DNA of 63,630 nt, filler included, from Porpidia crustulata (lineage: Eukaryota): NCBI GenBank assembly GCA_964255105.1. It is 10 parts of 10 records of this genome, joined end to end, with 100 filler letters (N's around TTAATTAATTAA, not from the genome) between each part and the next. Parts side by side here need not be neighbours in the genome. Positions count along the whole stretch, not along the records: positions 31,888 to 38,158 come from CAXUWE010001588.1; positions 38,259 to 44,528 come from CAXUWE010001589.1; 8 more parts are not named here. One strand, given 5' to 3'. The position numbers were made by a program, and so were the translations under genes. The notes under the pieces are model-generated. The model ran no database searches, was not told where the DNA came from, and was given only the letters and a program-made list of their open reading frames with translations. Below are positions 32,223-44,628 of this stretch, piece after piece; positions within the stretch are counted from its first letter, which is position 1; every line of letters starts with the position of its first letter.

Positions 32223-33524
32223 ATGGCGTTCCTTCCCGCCGCAACCGAAATACTGAATGTTTTCGCATACGCCCCAATGGCCCTTTTTGCGGAAAGCCTC
32301 CGCGTTCAGCACGCAATGGCGTCGTCCATTCTCACTCGAAGCTCCATTACACCGGCCATGACTGGTTGCATCAAGGATCTACATTTCCTCTGGGATATGA
32401 ACGATACTCAGCTGCTTGGCAGCTTTGATGAAAGGGATACGTCACATGTTGCAAGCGTCAGACATGGCAATACGTTCCGACTGCAGAACCAAGCCGTGTT
32501 GATATTGAGCCAGATCTGTGGGCGGAAGAATTGTAAAAAGATACTGCCTTACACACCGGGTATCGTTGAAGGCTTTCCAAAGAGGAGGGAGACAATCCTG
32601 AATCTGAGCTTTGTGCTTCCAAACGCGGCTCCAAATGGCAAGACAGTCAGATTCAGTCGACTCGAATGCATATGTCTACTAACCAGCGTTTTTGAAGTTG
32701 GATTTGCAATTGCTATAGCTGTAGGAATGGCCTTACACCACAAGGTGGTCGGTGTGATCTTGATGATTTGCTTTTCCTTATCCGAGATGATGTTAGGAGT
32801 ACTGCGTTACTTTACGAGCCTTGTCATCGCCAACCAAGAGGCTATTGCCAAGGATCTGCTAGAGTCGTCTCCCAGATTAGATGCACATATTATTGCCCGA
32901 CATTGGAACGACTCTAAGCTTGATGTGGTGTGCGGGTACAATAAGCATATCCACGCCTTGACAAACATTCCTATGGTTGTTGATCAAATGTTGCTACTCC
33001 GTTGGACGAGTCGAGCCATTGCTTTCATCCTAATCGTTCAGGCTGCAAGTTTGGCTAGTCTTGTGGGAGCCAAAGGGGATGCTTGGATTTCCATCGCCTG
33101 GACAGCTCTATACATCTTCATGCTAGTGCCACCGCAATTGCTAAAGCGCTATGCCTCGGAGTTGCCGCTCGAGAAGCATTCAGCCGTGGTGACTAGGGTC
33201 CCTCCAATACGCTTCTCCGGCCGGCGAGCTGCTCTTCTATTCATTACGCTTCTGCCAGTCTCAGAACGGATTGATGTAGATCGCTGGGCTTGGATGAATG
33301 TTTTCATGCCTGACAACGATAGGAGAAAGCGCTGGAGAGAGCAGGTAGAGGATATTGCCTTTGAGAAATCGACATGCTCTAAAATAGGCGACAATGCTAG
33401 CACGAAGGATGGAGATGACGATCGCATAGTCAGGGCTGCGGTTCAAGAAGCCTATACTGCCTACCATCATCCTCAGGTATTGCAATCTGTACTCGTATTC
33501 AAATCGAGGCTTGGTATAGAATAG
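32223..33524 (+). CDS. Hypothetical multi-pass membrane protein (433 aa, intronless)
   Basis: Long uninterrupted ORF with about four hydrophobic segments in two pairs (e.g. VFEVGFAIAIAVGMAL, VVGVILMICFSL, AIAFILIVQAASLASLV, AWISIAWTALYIFMLV). No family recognised. Confidence 0.75.
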   Translation: MAFLPAATEILNVFAYAPMALFAESLRVQHAMASSILTRSSITPAMTGCIKDLHFLWDMNDTQLLGSFDERDTSHVASVRHGNTFRLQNQAVLILSQICGRKNCKKILPYTPGIVEGFPKRRETILNLSFVLPNAAPNGKTVRFSRLECICLLTSVFEVGFAIAIAVGMALHHKVVGVILMICFSLSEMMLGVLRYFTSLVIANQEAIAKDLLESSPRLDAHIIARHWNDSKLDVVCGYNKHIHALTNIPMVVDQMLLLRWTSRAIAFILIVQAASLASLVGAKGDAWISIAWTALYIFMLVPPQLLKRYASELPLEKHSAVVTRVPPIRFSGRRAALLFITLLPVSERIDVDRWAWMNVFMPDNDRRKRWREQVEDIAFEKSTCSKIGDNASTKDGDDDRIVRAAVQEAYTAYHHPQVLQSVLVFKSRLGIE

Positions 33525-34320
33525 AGAACGATGTAATGATATTGATCCTGGCCAATCCAGATGGTATATCGATGGTAAAAGGGGCTGCAAGACGAAGAAG
33601 AAGATTCGCAATCGAATGAGCGTTATTTGATTAGATTCATTGGACAGACCCAAGCACGGCAACCCTACGATGCAGCGCACTCTAGCATTGTTATATTAAT
33701 TTTAATATAATAACAAAATCATTATACTTTCTCTTTCAGGTTCGGCATATATCACACAGATACTGCAAATCTAAAGGCAAGGCTAAGCACGTTGGGGCAG
33801 AACCCTCCACTTAAAGTGGATGAGGCGCTAAGGTTTTAGGTGTTCGGTAGTTATGCGGATTACTGATGTATCTACTCGGTAATTATGATACATGATACGG
33901 CTGGTTGCCTACTCGAATTGATGGTCTCGCGTTTGATATATGTGCCAGCATAACCACGCAGAAGTAGCATGGGCATTGTTTCCACTGTGTCACCATACTT
34001 GACGAATCTGACTGTCACAATCCATCACAAAGCGATCGGAGAAGGTCTGGCCTACTGTTTACCAATCATATCATATTTTACACCATGTTGAATTCCGTTT
34101 CACCCTCCAGCCGCCACTTACTATATGGTTCGGCTTGCTTCCACGCCCCGGCTGCTTAGGTCCTCCCTGCATGTTTGCTGCTGGTAAACTAAAAGCTTCA
34201 GCAAGCCAATCTGTCATCCCCTCCTGCTAGGATGCGAATCGTGTGATCCGAACCTTCACAATCGCATGATCTTGTATCACGCTGCAAAGTCGTAGAAAAT
34301 CTCAGAAGCAGAACAGCAAA

Positions 34321-35765
34321 ATGTACTTGACATCTTCATTTCTGGGACCATGAGGCTAATAAACCTACTAGGCAAATCGCGATATCTATTACGGCTCCAC
34401 CAGGTGTCGTTGTTGGGCAAGATCTTGTTACTATCGATGTCGGACCAGACATGGCAATCGCCGATCTCAAAGCGGTCATACAAAGTGACACCGACATTGT
34501 CCCGTCCACTCAAATACTTTACCACAACGGACGAGAGCTCTGCGACGACTTACAGACTCTAAGCCAATGTCAGATCAAAGAGGGCGATATGCTGGCTCTA
34601 CTGATTCGAAGGCCACAAGCATCGGGCAGTGGAGCGAGTAGGCCGGCGCAAGCTGCGCAAGCACGAGACACCACTCATGCTGGTCGGAGACAAGGCGAGC
34701 AAGATCCAGAGCTTCTAAGGCTGCAGGCGCTAGGTGATCCGCGGGTCCTTCAGCAGATCAGAAGCGTCAACCCGGACCTGGCAAGTGCAGTTCAAGATCC
34801 CGCCCGTTTCCGGCATGTCCTACAGAATATGGAGAGGACCACTCAGGAACATGAAGCCCAGAAACATCGCGAAATGGCATTACTTAATGAAGATCCCTTT
34901 AATATAGAAGCCCAAGCAAAGATCGAAGAGATTATTCGGCAAGAGCGGGTAATGGAAAATCTGCAAGATGCCATGGACTATACCCCAGAAGGTAGGTCTT
35001 GCTCTCGGATTTATCGCGGAATCCTTTGCTGTTTGCTGACTGGCTATCCCATTAGCTTTCGGTAGAGTGCACATGCTGTACATCGACGTAGAGGTGAATA
35101 ATCACAAAGTGAAAGCCTTTGTCGATTCCGGAGCCCAAGCTACGATCATGTCGCCTATCTGTGCGGAGAAATGTGGAATCATGCGACTGATTGACAAGCG
35201 CTATGCCGGAATAGCAAGAGGTGTCGGTACGGCTAAAATCCTTGGACGAGTCCACTCTGCGCAAATCAAGATTGGCAGTCTGTTTCTCCCGTGTAGTTTT
35301 ACAGTCATGGAGGGCAAGGACGTGGATCTTTTACTAGGGCTGGACATGCTGAAAAGGCATCAAGCATGCATAGATCTACAAAAGGGCGCCTTGGCGATCA
35401 GAGGAGAGGAGGTTCAATTCTTGGGCGAGGCGGATATACCCAAGCATGAAGAAATCATGATGGAGGAGCCGACAGTGGAAGGACCTTCTGGAATGAAGAC
35501 GGGCGCAATATCTGGTGCCGTAGTACAAGATCAATCGCGTTCACCAGACAATCAGTCTAAAGGGAAAGCCCAAACAACTGGAACTTCTTCCCGGACACCC
35601 GTGGAACATGCCAGGGAACATCAGGCCCCCAGAGGCGGTGGAACATCGTTTCCGGCTGAGGATATTGCGAAGTTGACCGACCTCGGGTTTTCGAGAGAAG
35701 AAGCCATTCATGCATTGGAACTCGCTGGCGGTAACGTTGATCTGGCTGCTGGCATTCTTCTATGA
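34321..35765 (+). CDS. DDI1: DNA damage-inducible protein 1 (UBL, retroviral-like aspartyl protease, UBA)
   Basis: UBL-like N-terminus, [64 protein letters not shown], and [26 protein letters not shown]. Introns 34323-34371 (start uncertain) and 34992-35055. Confidence 0.95.
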
Positions 35766-36103
35766 GGCTTTTGGGTATGTTGGAGCATTATTTAGCGTCA
35801 TTGCTTTGCGTGGCATTGCTTGGTAAGGAATTCGCGTGGGGAAATATGGTTGTCAGCACAGTTGCATTAGTTATCAAGCGTTCTTTAATCAACATCTGGT
35901 GGAATTCGACAGCCACCGATTTCCTGTAAACTCATTATCCTAAATCTAGATTGGTATCTGAACGAGCGAGGGGTGGCATTAACTACCTATACATTATGTT
36001 TAAATAGTGAGGTATTTTATCGCTGTAATATTCAACCCCACACTCTTCAATACAACCGAAATTACACCAAGTGATTTTGATATGTGCGCAACTTTTTCCC
36101 ATT

Positions 36104-37972
36104 ATGTTTGCGGTACCCGGCTGGAACGTGTCAGCAAATGCTTTGAAGCAGCAACCAAAACCATCAATTAGGCAATCGTTGATTGATTCTACAGGAAGGG
36201 TTTCAAACAAGGCGGAGAACAAGTCAAAAAAAAGGAAACAAGGTCCTGGTCCCGCAAATGGCACAAATATTACTGAAGAAAATCTTGCAGACTTGTGGAG
36301 TACGCATATTGAGGGTAAGAAAATAACGGGCAAAGGTGGAAGAGAAAGGAAGAAGAAGAAAAGGCGAACGGAAGAGAAGATCACTGGTGATGAAGCTGCT
36401 GTAGCCAACAGCCATGCTCCGGACACTATAATTGGAGGCAGTGGGGACACTCGAGAAGGGACTGTGAACTACGATGGCGAGCAGGAACCGAGGGAATCAG
36501 CCGTTATTCCGCTGGCTGAAGCAGTCGGACGAGATGACTCGTTGAGAGACGCGAATGGTGGAAAAGAAAACGAGGAGACTAACCTAGCTACGGAAGGCAG
36601 ACTCGATGAGCGAAAAAGAAGGGCTCTGGAAAGGAAAAGAAAAAAAGCGCTCGTGAAAGCTCAGACCAGCGGCATGATTCCACCTTCCCGTCCTGCTGAA
36701 CGTCAGGATGCGCCGAATTCCAAATCTCTCAATATGGCCAAACCGACGAGTCCGTTACCAAAAGTCGCTTCGTCCGAAAACTCCAAATCTCCCCCTCATA
36801 AAGCCATCATAGACACCTCCAAATCCAAACCTGCATCGGAATCGAGTCATTCAAATGCTATCCCAAGACCTCCAGCACAACCCTCCTTGTCAAAGCTGAC
36901 CCTCCTCCAACAAAGCATGCAATCTAAACTCATCTCCGCCCGGTTCCGCCATCTAAATCAAGCTCTCTACACCCACCCCTCCTCCAAAGCTTCTCAGCTC
37001 TTTGCGGAAACCCCAAGCGCCTTTGCCTCCTACCATGCTGGCTTCCGCGCTCAAGTTGCTGTGTGGCCGCAAAATCCTGTCGACATATTTGTCGAAGACG
37101 CGAAAGCAAGGGGCAAAGTAGGATCGGGCAGAGATAGTCAGAAGAAGCTTTGGCGGCAAGAGAAGAAGGGCAAAGGTAAGGGGAAGCCTAATGCAAACAA
37201 CGAGACGTCAAACCCAAATCCAGAGCAGGACCTGGAACCCCTCCCCCGCACCCGTGGCGTCTGCACACTCGCCGACCTTGGATGCGGCGATGCCTCGTTC
37301 GCCGCTTCCCTTAACCCTCTGTCTAAACCCCTCCACCTCCGCCTCCACTCCTTCGACCTCGCCCAAGGTGACGGCCCCAACGGATCTCTGATCACAGTCG
37401 CCGACATCGCCAAGCTCCCCCTCGCCGACGGAAGCATAGACGTAGCAGTAATCTGTCTTGCGCTCATGGGTACAAACTGGATCGAATTTGTCGAGGAGGC
37501 AGGCAGAGTCGTGCGATGGGGCGGCGAATGCTGGGTCACCGAGATCAAAAGCCGGTTCGGGCGGCCTGCAGCGAAGACGGGGTCCATTGGCAAGAAAAAG
37601 AAGGGGAAAGAGGACGAGGATGATGAAGTCATATTGGAAGTGGAAGAGGAGACACTGGGGAAAGAAACGGAGAAAACGGACGTTGGCGCCTTCGTGGAGG
37701 TTTGGCGACGCAGAGGGTTCGAATTGAAAGGTGAAGTCGACGCGGGCAACAAGATGTTCGTGCGCATGCGATTCGTTCGCAAACTGGTGCCGACCAGGGG
37801 CAAGGGCGTTCCTCATCCTCCCCCCGCTCAAGATCCCGCGACGTCGAAGGAGAGGAATGGGGATAGGGGGAACGGAAGGTACAGGGCCAAGAAGTTTCGA
37901 AGTGACGGCCGTGATGGGGACGAGGAGGATGAGGGGAAGGTGCTCAAGGCTTGTGTATATAAGAGTCGATAG
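36104..37972 (+). CDS. RRP8: 25S rRNA adenine-N1 methyltransferase
   Basis: MFAVPGW start, KLISARFRHLNQALYT, YHAGFRAQVAVWPQNPVD, ADLGCGDA, CLALMGTNW and C-terminal LKACVYKSR. Confidence 0.95.
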   Translation: MFAVPGWNVSANALKQQPKPSIRQSLIDSTGRVSNKAENKSKKRKQGPGPANGTNITEENLADLWSTHIEGKKITGKGGRERKKKKRRTEEKITGDEAAVANSHAPDTIIGGSGDTREGTVNYDGEQEPRESAVIPLAEAVGRDDSLRDANGGKENEETNLATEGRLDERKRRALERKRKKALVKAQTSGMIPPSRPAERQDAPNSKSLNMAKPTSPLPKVASSENSKSPPHKAIIDTSKSKPASESSHSNAIPRPPAQPSLSKLTLLQQSMQSKLISARFRHLNQALYTHPSSKASQLFAETPSAFASYHAGFRAQVAVWPQNPVDIFVEDAKARGKVGSGRDSQKKLWRQEKKGKGKGKPNANNETSNPNPEQDLEPLPRTRGVCTLADLGCGDASFAASLNPLSKPLHLRLHSFDLAQGDGPNGSLITVADIAKLPLADGSIDVAVICLALMGTNWIEFVEEAGRVVRWGGECWVTEIKSRFGRPAAKTGSIGKKKKGKEDEDDEVILEVEEETLGKETEKTDVGAFVEVWRRRGFELKGEVDAGNKMFVRMRFVRKLVPTRGKGVPHPPPAQDPATSKERNGDRGNGRYRAKKFRSDGRDGDEEDEGKVLKACVYKSR

Positions 37973-38158
37973 GTGGGGGGTGTGGTTGTGGTGGTTTAAG
38001 GGGTGGAAAGGGGAAGATGATTTCGTGAGCGAATGATCTCGACTTATAAAATCATACACAACCGAATTCTCTACAAAATCCAAACATTCGAATTCGAAAC
38101 CCCTCAACCCCCCCCTTTTTCACTTTACCAACCACATCACCCTCACCTCCAGGTCAAC

Positions 38159-38258
38159 NNNNNNNNNNNNNNNNNNNNNNNNNNNNNNNNNNNNNNNNNN
38201 NNTTAATTAATTAANNNNNNNNNNNNNNNNNNNNNNNNNNNNNNNNNNNNNNNNNNNN
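38159..38258. other. Artificial contig-joining spacer
   Basis: 44 N + TTAATTAATTAA + 44 N. Confidence 0.99.
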
Positions 38259-38350
38259 GTTGTGGTTTGGGCTGGGTCGTGGAGGATTTCTGAGGAGGGG
38301 GGTGAGTCTGAGGGGCGTCGTTTGCCTGTGAGAGTTTCCCAGAATGACAT
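38259..38350 (-). CDS. N-terminal fragment of a gene truncated by the contig end, possibly mitochondrial translocase Tim23
   Basis: MSFWETLTGKRRPSDSPPSSEILHDPAQTT resembles the 'MSxWDxLxGRK' start of Pezizomycotina Tim23. Only 30 codons are visible. Confidence 0.35.
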
Positions 38351-38702
38351 AGTGGTCAGAGATTATTAGACGTAAAGGACGAGGTGATGCTGGTAGGTGT
38401 TGACTGCTCCGGCGGTGCTGCGCGAGATGTCGTAGTCGATGGTAGAGGATTGCCAAAAATTATTGCGCTAAGATTTGCGGACTCGGGTAGACTTTCCAAC
38501 CTTATTGGTTACGTGAACTGGGAGTTCTCTCAGGAATTTGCATCTTTTTAAAAAATAATCATGGACAACATTTTACCTAAATGTAGTCATTGCATTTTTG
38601 ATGTCTAGCATAGCTATTCTCTCATGAAATTGTACTGACACTCAGCTCAACGTTCACGACCGTGCGGACTGTTGGCAGTGATATGTGCAAGTCATAGGAG
38701 AG

Positions 38703-41700
38703 ATGAAACTCGACGACGTAAAGGCATCCCCCAAACCCTTTGATCACCAGGACTCAATCGTAATTGTCGGTTCCCCAGATGAGTTAAGAGCAGTGTCTGA
38801 GCGCAGCAACAGTCTATCTGGCATTCGTCCAGATGATCGAGGCATCTTACCAGAGGATCGAGTGCGAGAGCTGAGCAAAAGTCTAGCAAATCTCAGATTG
38901 AGAAAAGACGATGCTTTTGAAAATGGATTCTTGAGGTATGTAGGAGCATTTTCTTTCAAAACAAAATTTGCTTACGGTCCTAAAGACATGTAAAATCGCT
39001 CATTCAAGCCCTGCTGAAGACACTAGCGCATATTGATACCTCGCTGGGACATGGAGCTGCAACGTGCGATGCTCTCTGTGGTCTTCTTGAGTTTTGCGAA
39101 GCATCCGCCAATCCTAGCATCTGTACTCTGGGGTATGACTACTCTATATGGCCTACAGCTTTCGAGACTTATCTCTTCAGGTCAGAATATCATAAGTCAA
39201 AACCGATGAGACGTCTGCTCTTAACCCTGATCAACATTGTTTCCAAATGCCCTATTGAAGATGATAGCGCATTTCTGATCCAGTTTACCATATTTTCATG
39301 TATTCAATTCATGGGCGATGGCGTTGAGCCGCCGCCCACGAAGCCAGCTCTACAAGCTTTGGAACATCTTTTGACCAAGCGTGTCATAAATCCCGCTCAA
39401 CTTATTCTCATGCTGAGAAGAAAGAATTTGGGCCTTTATGCATTGAATAGAAAGGTTGCATACTCAGACGAGCTTTCAAAAACCTCAAGAACAGAGTGGC
39501 TAAGTTCGGTGGACGAGCTTGTCTCCAGCGTTCTTGAATGGGTGCAATATCCTGACATTGCATCTGCCGCTGGTCGTTTTCTTTCTTCCTTCTTTCGCTC
39601 TATCCAAATAGATCCTGTAGATTTTGAGTATGAAGATCGTGAAGAATACGAACAAGTTTTGCCACTTTGGCTGCCGCCAATAAAGAAGGCTCTCCACGAA
39701 AGACCTGAGATTCTAGACGCTCTCGAAAAGCATATACTCCCTGGTCTGCTTCGCCTAAACCCTACTGACACAAAAGCTTTTTTAGAAACATTACCAATTA
39801 AAGATCTGCAAGAAGGATTTGTAGGAATTCATACTTTGATCAATATTCGACTTTGTCTTCTGACGGTGAGGACAGTGGTCGAGCTTGGTATGTCCCATCT
39901 TTCGCGTATTATATGATAGGATAGGAGTCGAAGCTGAATATATACAGACTTATTCATACTGAAAGACCATGATTTGGACATCTTGGATCTGGAGAAGCTT
40001 ATTGCAAAGCTGCTTGCACATGCCTCACCCGAAATAAGGATTGCTGCACTTGACCTCATGACATATTCTAGATCTTCTATAGCACCCTTGTCAGAACAGC
40101 TGCTGGACACTTTACGCCAGAATCTACCCCAATTCCATGCTGAATCTAATCCTAAACCCCGAAATGAGTTCATCAGCCAAATGAAAAAGCTTTGTACGAG
40201 GCTGCGAGACTGTATCTATTTCCTCAGAAAGCCCACACGTCTTCCTTCTCAACCAGGAGTTGGGAAACCCAGTATACCTCAGGAAAGGTCGATCAATGGG
40301 ATTAGTGAGGACCTGGAGCTTAGTCAAGGGCTCCTGGAACATCAAACCCTATTCCTGAGCTGGTACAACGATTTTTTGGTCAAGGAATTGAAACCAACAT
40401 CCTCCTATCAACGCCATATTACAGCCCTCAAGATACTGCCTTCCCTGCTCGGACGAGATCCGAAAGCATGCCCTCCAAAAGCGCTAATAAAGCCTGCCAG
40501 TAATTTAGATAGAGGGCCGCTGCAGAAAAGCATTTTCACCCCTCAGCTCTTACGATGTTGTTTCGATCTGATCCTTGACCCTTTTGATGACGTCCGCTAC
40601 GGGGCCTCTATACTCCTAGAGCTTGCCCTCCCGCCACCATTACAACCTTCTGCTCCGAAGAACGATCGAATACCAGTGGCAATAACGTCTAGGACTGATG
40701 GGAAAAACTTCGATTTGCACCGTGAAGATTTGATCGATACATTGTATCGAGCCGAAATTTTGATGCGCAACACTGGTCGGGCAGACCATGCGGACGGTGT
40801 GGGTAGATTGTATAGCCTACTCTATGGAAATTTTCTGAACGAGTCTGAATCGGATGATTGGCACAATAGTCCTAAGTCGATACTAGAGCACATATTGGGT
40901 CATCTGGAGCATGATATCCGAATAGCGAACAATAACGTGCGCAAGGCTGTTGGGGAATATCCTCTCCATGGGTATCTGATTGCAATCAGGTATGAATACA
41001 TCTTCAGTAGCCATTATAGATTACTGACTGCCATTTTCAGGTATATCATTAGTCGACCCGACTTTTTTAATTCTTATACTCAAGATTCTGGCCTTAAGGA
41101 TCCAGAAAATTGGGGGCAATTGCATGAGCGAATTTACATGGACTCTGAAAAAGTGTGGGATGCTGTAAAGGAGATCTTGTGTATTGATTCACCTGAAGGC
41201 CATACCCCCGAAGAAGATGAGATGGACGATCTCGACGTCGGCGCTAAAGACACACTTTCATTCTCGTGGCGGGCTCTGAAGGAATCGAGGTATGCTTCTT
41301 CAATCGGCTTTTCTTCCCGATAAATACTGAATTGCTCCTGGTCCTAGCTCTTTAATATACACAATGCTTGCCAATACCGGTTACGGCCCGTCTAATTCAA
41401 TGGTAGGTCTCTGTCATAACGAACTATGGAGAATTGGAAAGCTTGCATTCATTCAATTGGCTGAGCTTCGTCATCGGGGAGCAGTCTCCACGGTTTCGCA
41501 AACATTTGCCGCCTGCTGTATTATCTGTGCCCAAAGAGACTGCTGCAAAACAAGGGATCTTCCTCGGCAATGGTACCAGGTAAGCTTGCATTCAGGTAAG
41601 AATATCTGGTATTTACTTATAAAAGGTAGGACGCGTTGGTAAGTATTCAACAAAATGCCGGGGCTCTCACGAGGAGATCAGCAGGCATCCCGTCCATGAT

Positions 41701-44066
41701 CACTGGGATTACAACAGCGCTCCTAGCTGGAGATTTCCTCCCCAAAATCATCTTCGATATGCAGGCTATAGCCAGTGAACCGATTGAGGTTATAGCCGGA
41801 CAAAAGAAGATAGAACTACCTCAAGTACATGCCCTGAATTGCTTGAAAGATATTTTTACCAACACTCAACTTGGCCCTAGTACCGAGCCCTATGTTGCAA
41901 ATACTCTGGAGATTACCGCTTCCTGCATTGAGAGCAACACGTAAGATCTTCTACACTCTATCAAGAAGCACTAGCTGATGATTTTTCAGATGGGAAATTA
42001 GAAATTGCGGTTTGATGCTCTTCAAGGCTCTGGTTCGTCGCTTGAATGGTGGTACCGATAGCTCTTCGACAAGGGCATCTAGTCCTCACAGACGTTCTTC
42101 GGGCTTGATCTATAATAAATACACAAGCCTTCCAGGACTATTGATAAGAATGCTGCGGCAGTCGTCTGGTGAACAAATTACCGACGTTGATGAACCTGGT
42201 ATCTCGGCTTCCATGCAGGCTCAAAGAGTATTTCCCGCACTCGAAATAATAGAAGTCTCAGGTTTGCCGCATCAGCAGAGTCCAGAAATCAAGCAGCTCA
42301 TCCGGAACCATATGGAAAGCTCTGCATGGCCAATAAGGGATAAGGCTGCTAAAGCCCTAGGACTTGTGATACCTGATTCGGCTCGTGAAGCTGAAATTAA
42401 GGAGCTCCTTCGTCCAGATTGGCCTTCACAGAATGCATTACACGGCAGACTTCTCTATATTCGCTACATTCTCTCACGGAGCAAGGCTCATCTCTCGAAC
42501 ACCCTAATAGGCAAGTATGCCACCTCGAAAGGCAGTGTTATTTGCTAACCAAGGCTTGTCCCATAGAGTCTTTACTACCTCTGCTTACGGACCGTTTTGA
42601 AATCATTGTTGTTTCAAATAAATGTCCGTTCACTATTGGCGCGTACCTCAGCGTTGTGGCAGATACTTTGGAGATTCTTATTACATCCAATAGTAAGCTT
42701 CGAGAATCCTGTGTTGAGATTTCTGATTTGCGCCTACTTACATCTCCTATAGGCGAGTCTTCGCAGCAATTTGCTTTAAACTGCCAAGCTGCTTTATCTC
42801 GGGGATGGCCGTCCATACCAGCAACACCTTCAATCTTTGAAGTATCATCCAAAGGCCCTTCGTCGACTCTTTTGGAAACCGCTTTGGCACGATTACTACA
42901 ATTGATCAGCAAGGCTTACTACTTTACAGCGCAGCCAGCTAACAACTTCGCCTTGGAGAAGCTGACCGTGGGGGAGATTAACGCAACAACCAATCAGTTC
43001 ATGGGAAGTACGGCTGCGCTCAATTTACTATCGCATCGAGGCCCTTTGAATTTCGATGAGGAATTACCTCTCAATGGAGGCATCATTGCTCGAAAGTACC
43101 TCAAGAACCCTGGTGATAGTGATGTTAAAATCGAGCTGTGTGCATGGACTCGTACGCTTGGTCTGGCAGGAAGCCATCGGTCGGTTAGTAGCAAACCTTA
43201 TCAATTTGTCATATTTATCTCTTTCTAATGCGTGGAATTAGGAAACTTCAACTCGAGCAGCGGCAATTGCCTCGATCAAGAATTTCATGACCGCCTTTCA
43301 AGTCGATGGGTCAAGTATTTTAATTATGCAGGATCTGCTCGATGTATACTTCGCCCTTTACGATGCCCTAACGGATGACGATGAAGATTTGCGAGATCAT
43401 GCCGCAATAGTGACATCCTCTTTATTATCAGCCCACAGACCTTCTAAAGATCCTCTGGAAGGCGAAAACCTTTCCCTCTGTCCCTTGGTCGCAAGCCCCC
43501 AGCTTTTGAAATTCCTCATAGAGGAGTACAGCACAACACCGCGTTTGTGGTCAGAGGCTGTACAGCGTTTGACTGGGGCGTGTCCATCTGCAATGGGTCT
43601 ACTCTCGGGAGCAATAGTCTTACGACTGCTTCCGGTCCAGGGCATGCTGCAAGAAGCCATGCAGACAGACAGCTCCCTGTTCGTTGAAGAGAAGCAGAAT
43701 CTCTTCATTGATGATGTGAAAGAGGCCGAGATGTGGGCTAGCGCTCTACGTGACCTTTATCCAATGCTGGACCTTAGAATTAAGTCAGCTCTCGAGATCT
43801 GGGCATCTGAGGGCATATTCGCTCTTACAGCGATAGCCAGAGATCACATGGATGGTGCCCTTGGCTGGACGTCCAAACCGAAGGTCTTCACACTCGGTAT
43901 GCGAGTTTTACTGACTGCCAAAGTGGTCTTACATGGCGCTGATGACGACGGTTCGTCACCCATAGCGACGACCTGTCGGGAGGCATTAAAGAGCTTTCTG
44001 GCCGTAGGTTCTGAGAAGCTAGTCCACGAATTGTGGCTTTCAGAGATCGAGGAGGCGCTAGGCTAG
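38703..44066 (+). CDS. TRM732: THADA/Trm732 HEAT-repeat tRNA 2'-O-methylation cofactor (DUF2428), about 10 exons
   Basis: LKPTSSYQRHITALK, GRADHADGVGR, SWRALKES, LAELRHRGAVSTVSQTF, TRRSAGIP, LPQVHALNCLKDIF, WEIRNCGLMLF and LFVEEKQNLFIDD, in consecutive ORFs joined by short introns. Confidence 0.9.
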
Positions 44067-44528
44067 TCGTCGTGATGCTTCGACGAAGGATCGAAGAATG
44101 AGTTACAAAGTTATATGGCCTGAAAGTGTTATAACAAGATTCACCGATGAACGCGGCTAAACAAGTCAACACAAATGACCTACAAGCTTGTAAATTATTT
44201 CCCTCGACTGAATGATGTATCGAAGTTGCAACTTCGTTGTCAACCACCGTGTAAGCAAATCCACACTACCAAAGTAACGAGGCATACATTTGTTCATACC
44301 GATATCTGTGGCAAAATTACCCGCAGCACAAGCACCAGCAATCGCCTCCTTCACCTCCTCACTCACTCTCTCACGCTATCTCTTTTTGCGACCTTTTAAT
44401 AAAGACCTACCCTGAATTCCAAGCACGCAACTAACACAAGATCGAACTCTCCAACCCCCTTTGCAATACCAAAATTCCCCTCATCCCCATACACAATCAT
44501 GAAACCCCACAGTATAATATAAAAAAAA

Positions 44529-44628
44529 NNNNNNNNNNNNNNNNNNNNNNNNNNNNNNNNNNNNNNNNNNNNTTAATTAATTAANNNNNNNNNNNNNNNN
44601 NNNNNNNNNNNNNNNNNNNNNNNNNNNN
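44529..44628. other. Artificial contig-joining spacer
   Basis: 44 N + TTAATTAATTAA + 44 N. Confidence 0.99.

Noticed and set aside
34108..34120. Rpn4/PACE-like site (AGTGGCGG, minus strand) upstream of DDI1
   Set aside because: Partial match only, and no equivalent was seen upstream of RPT1.
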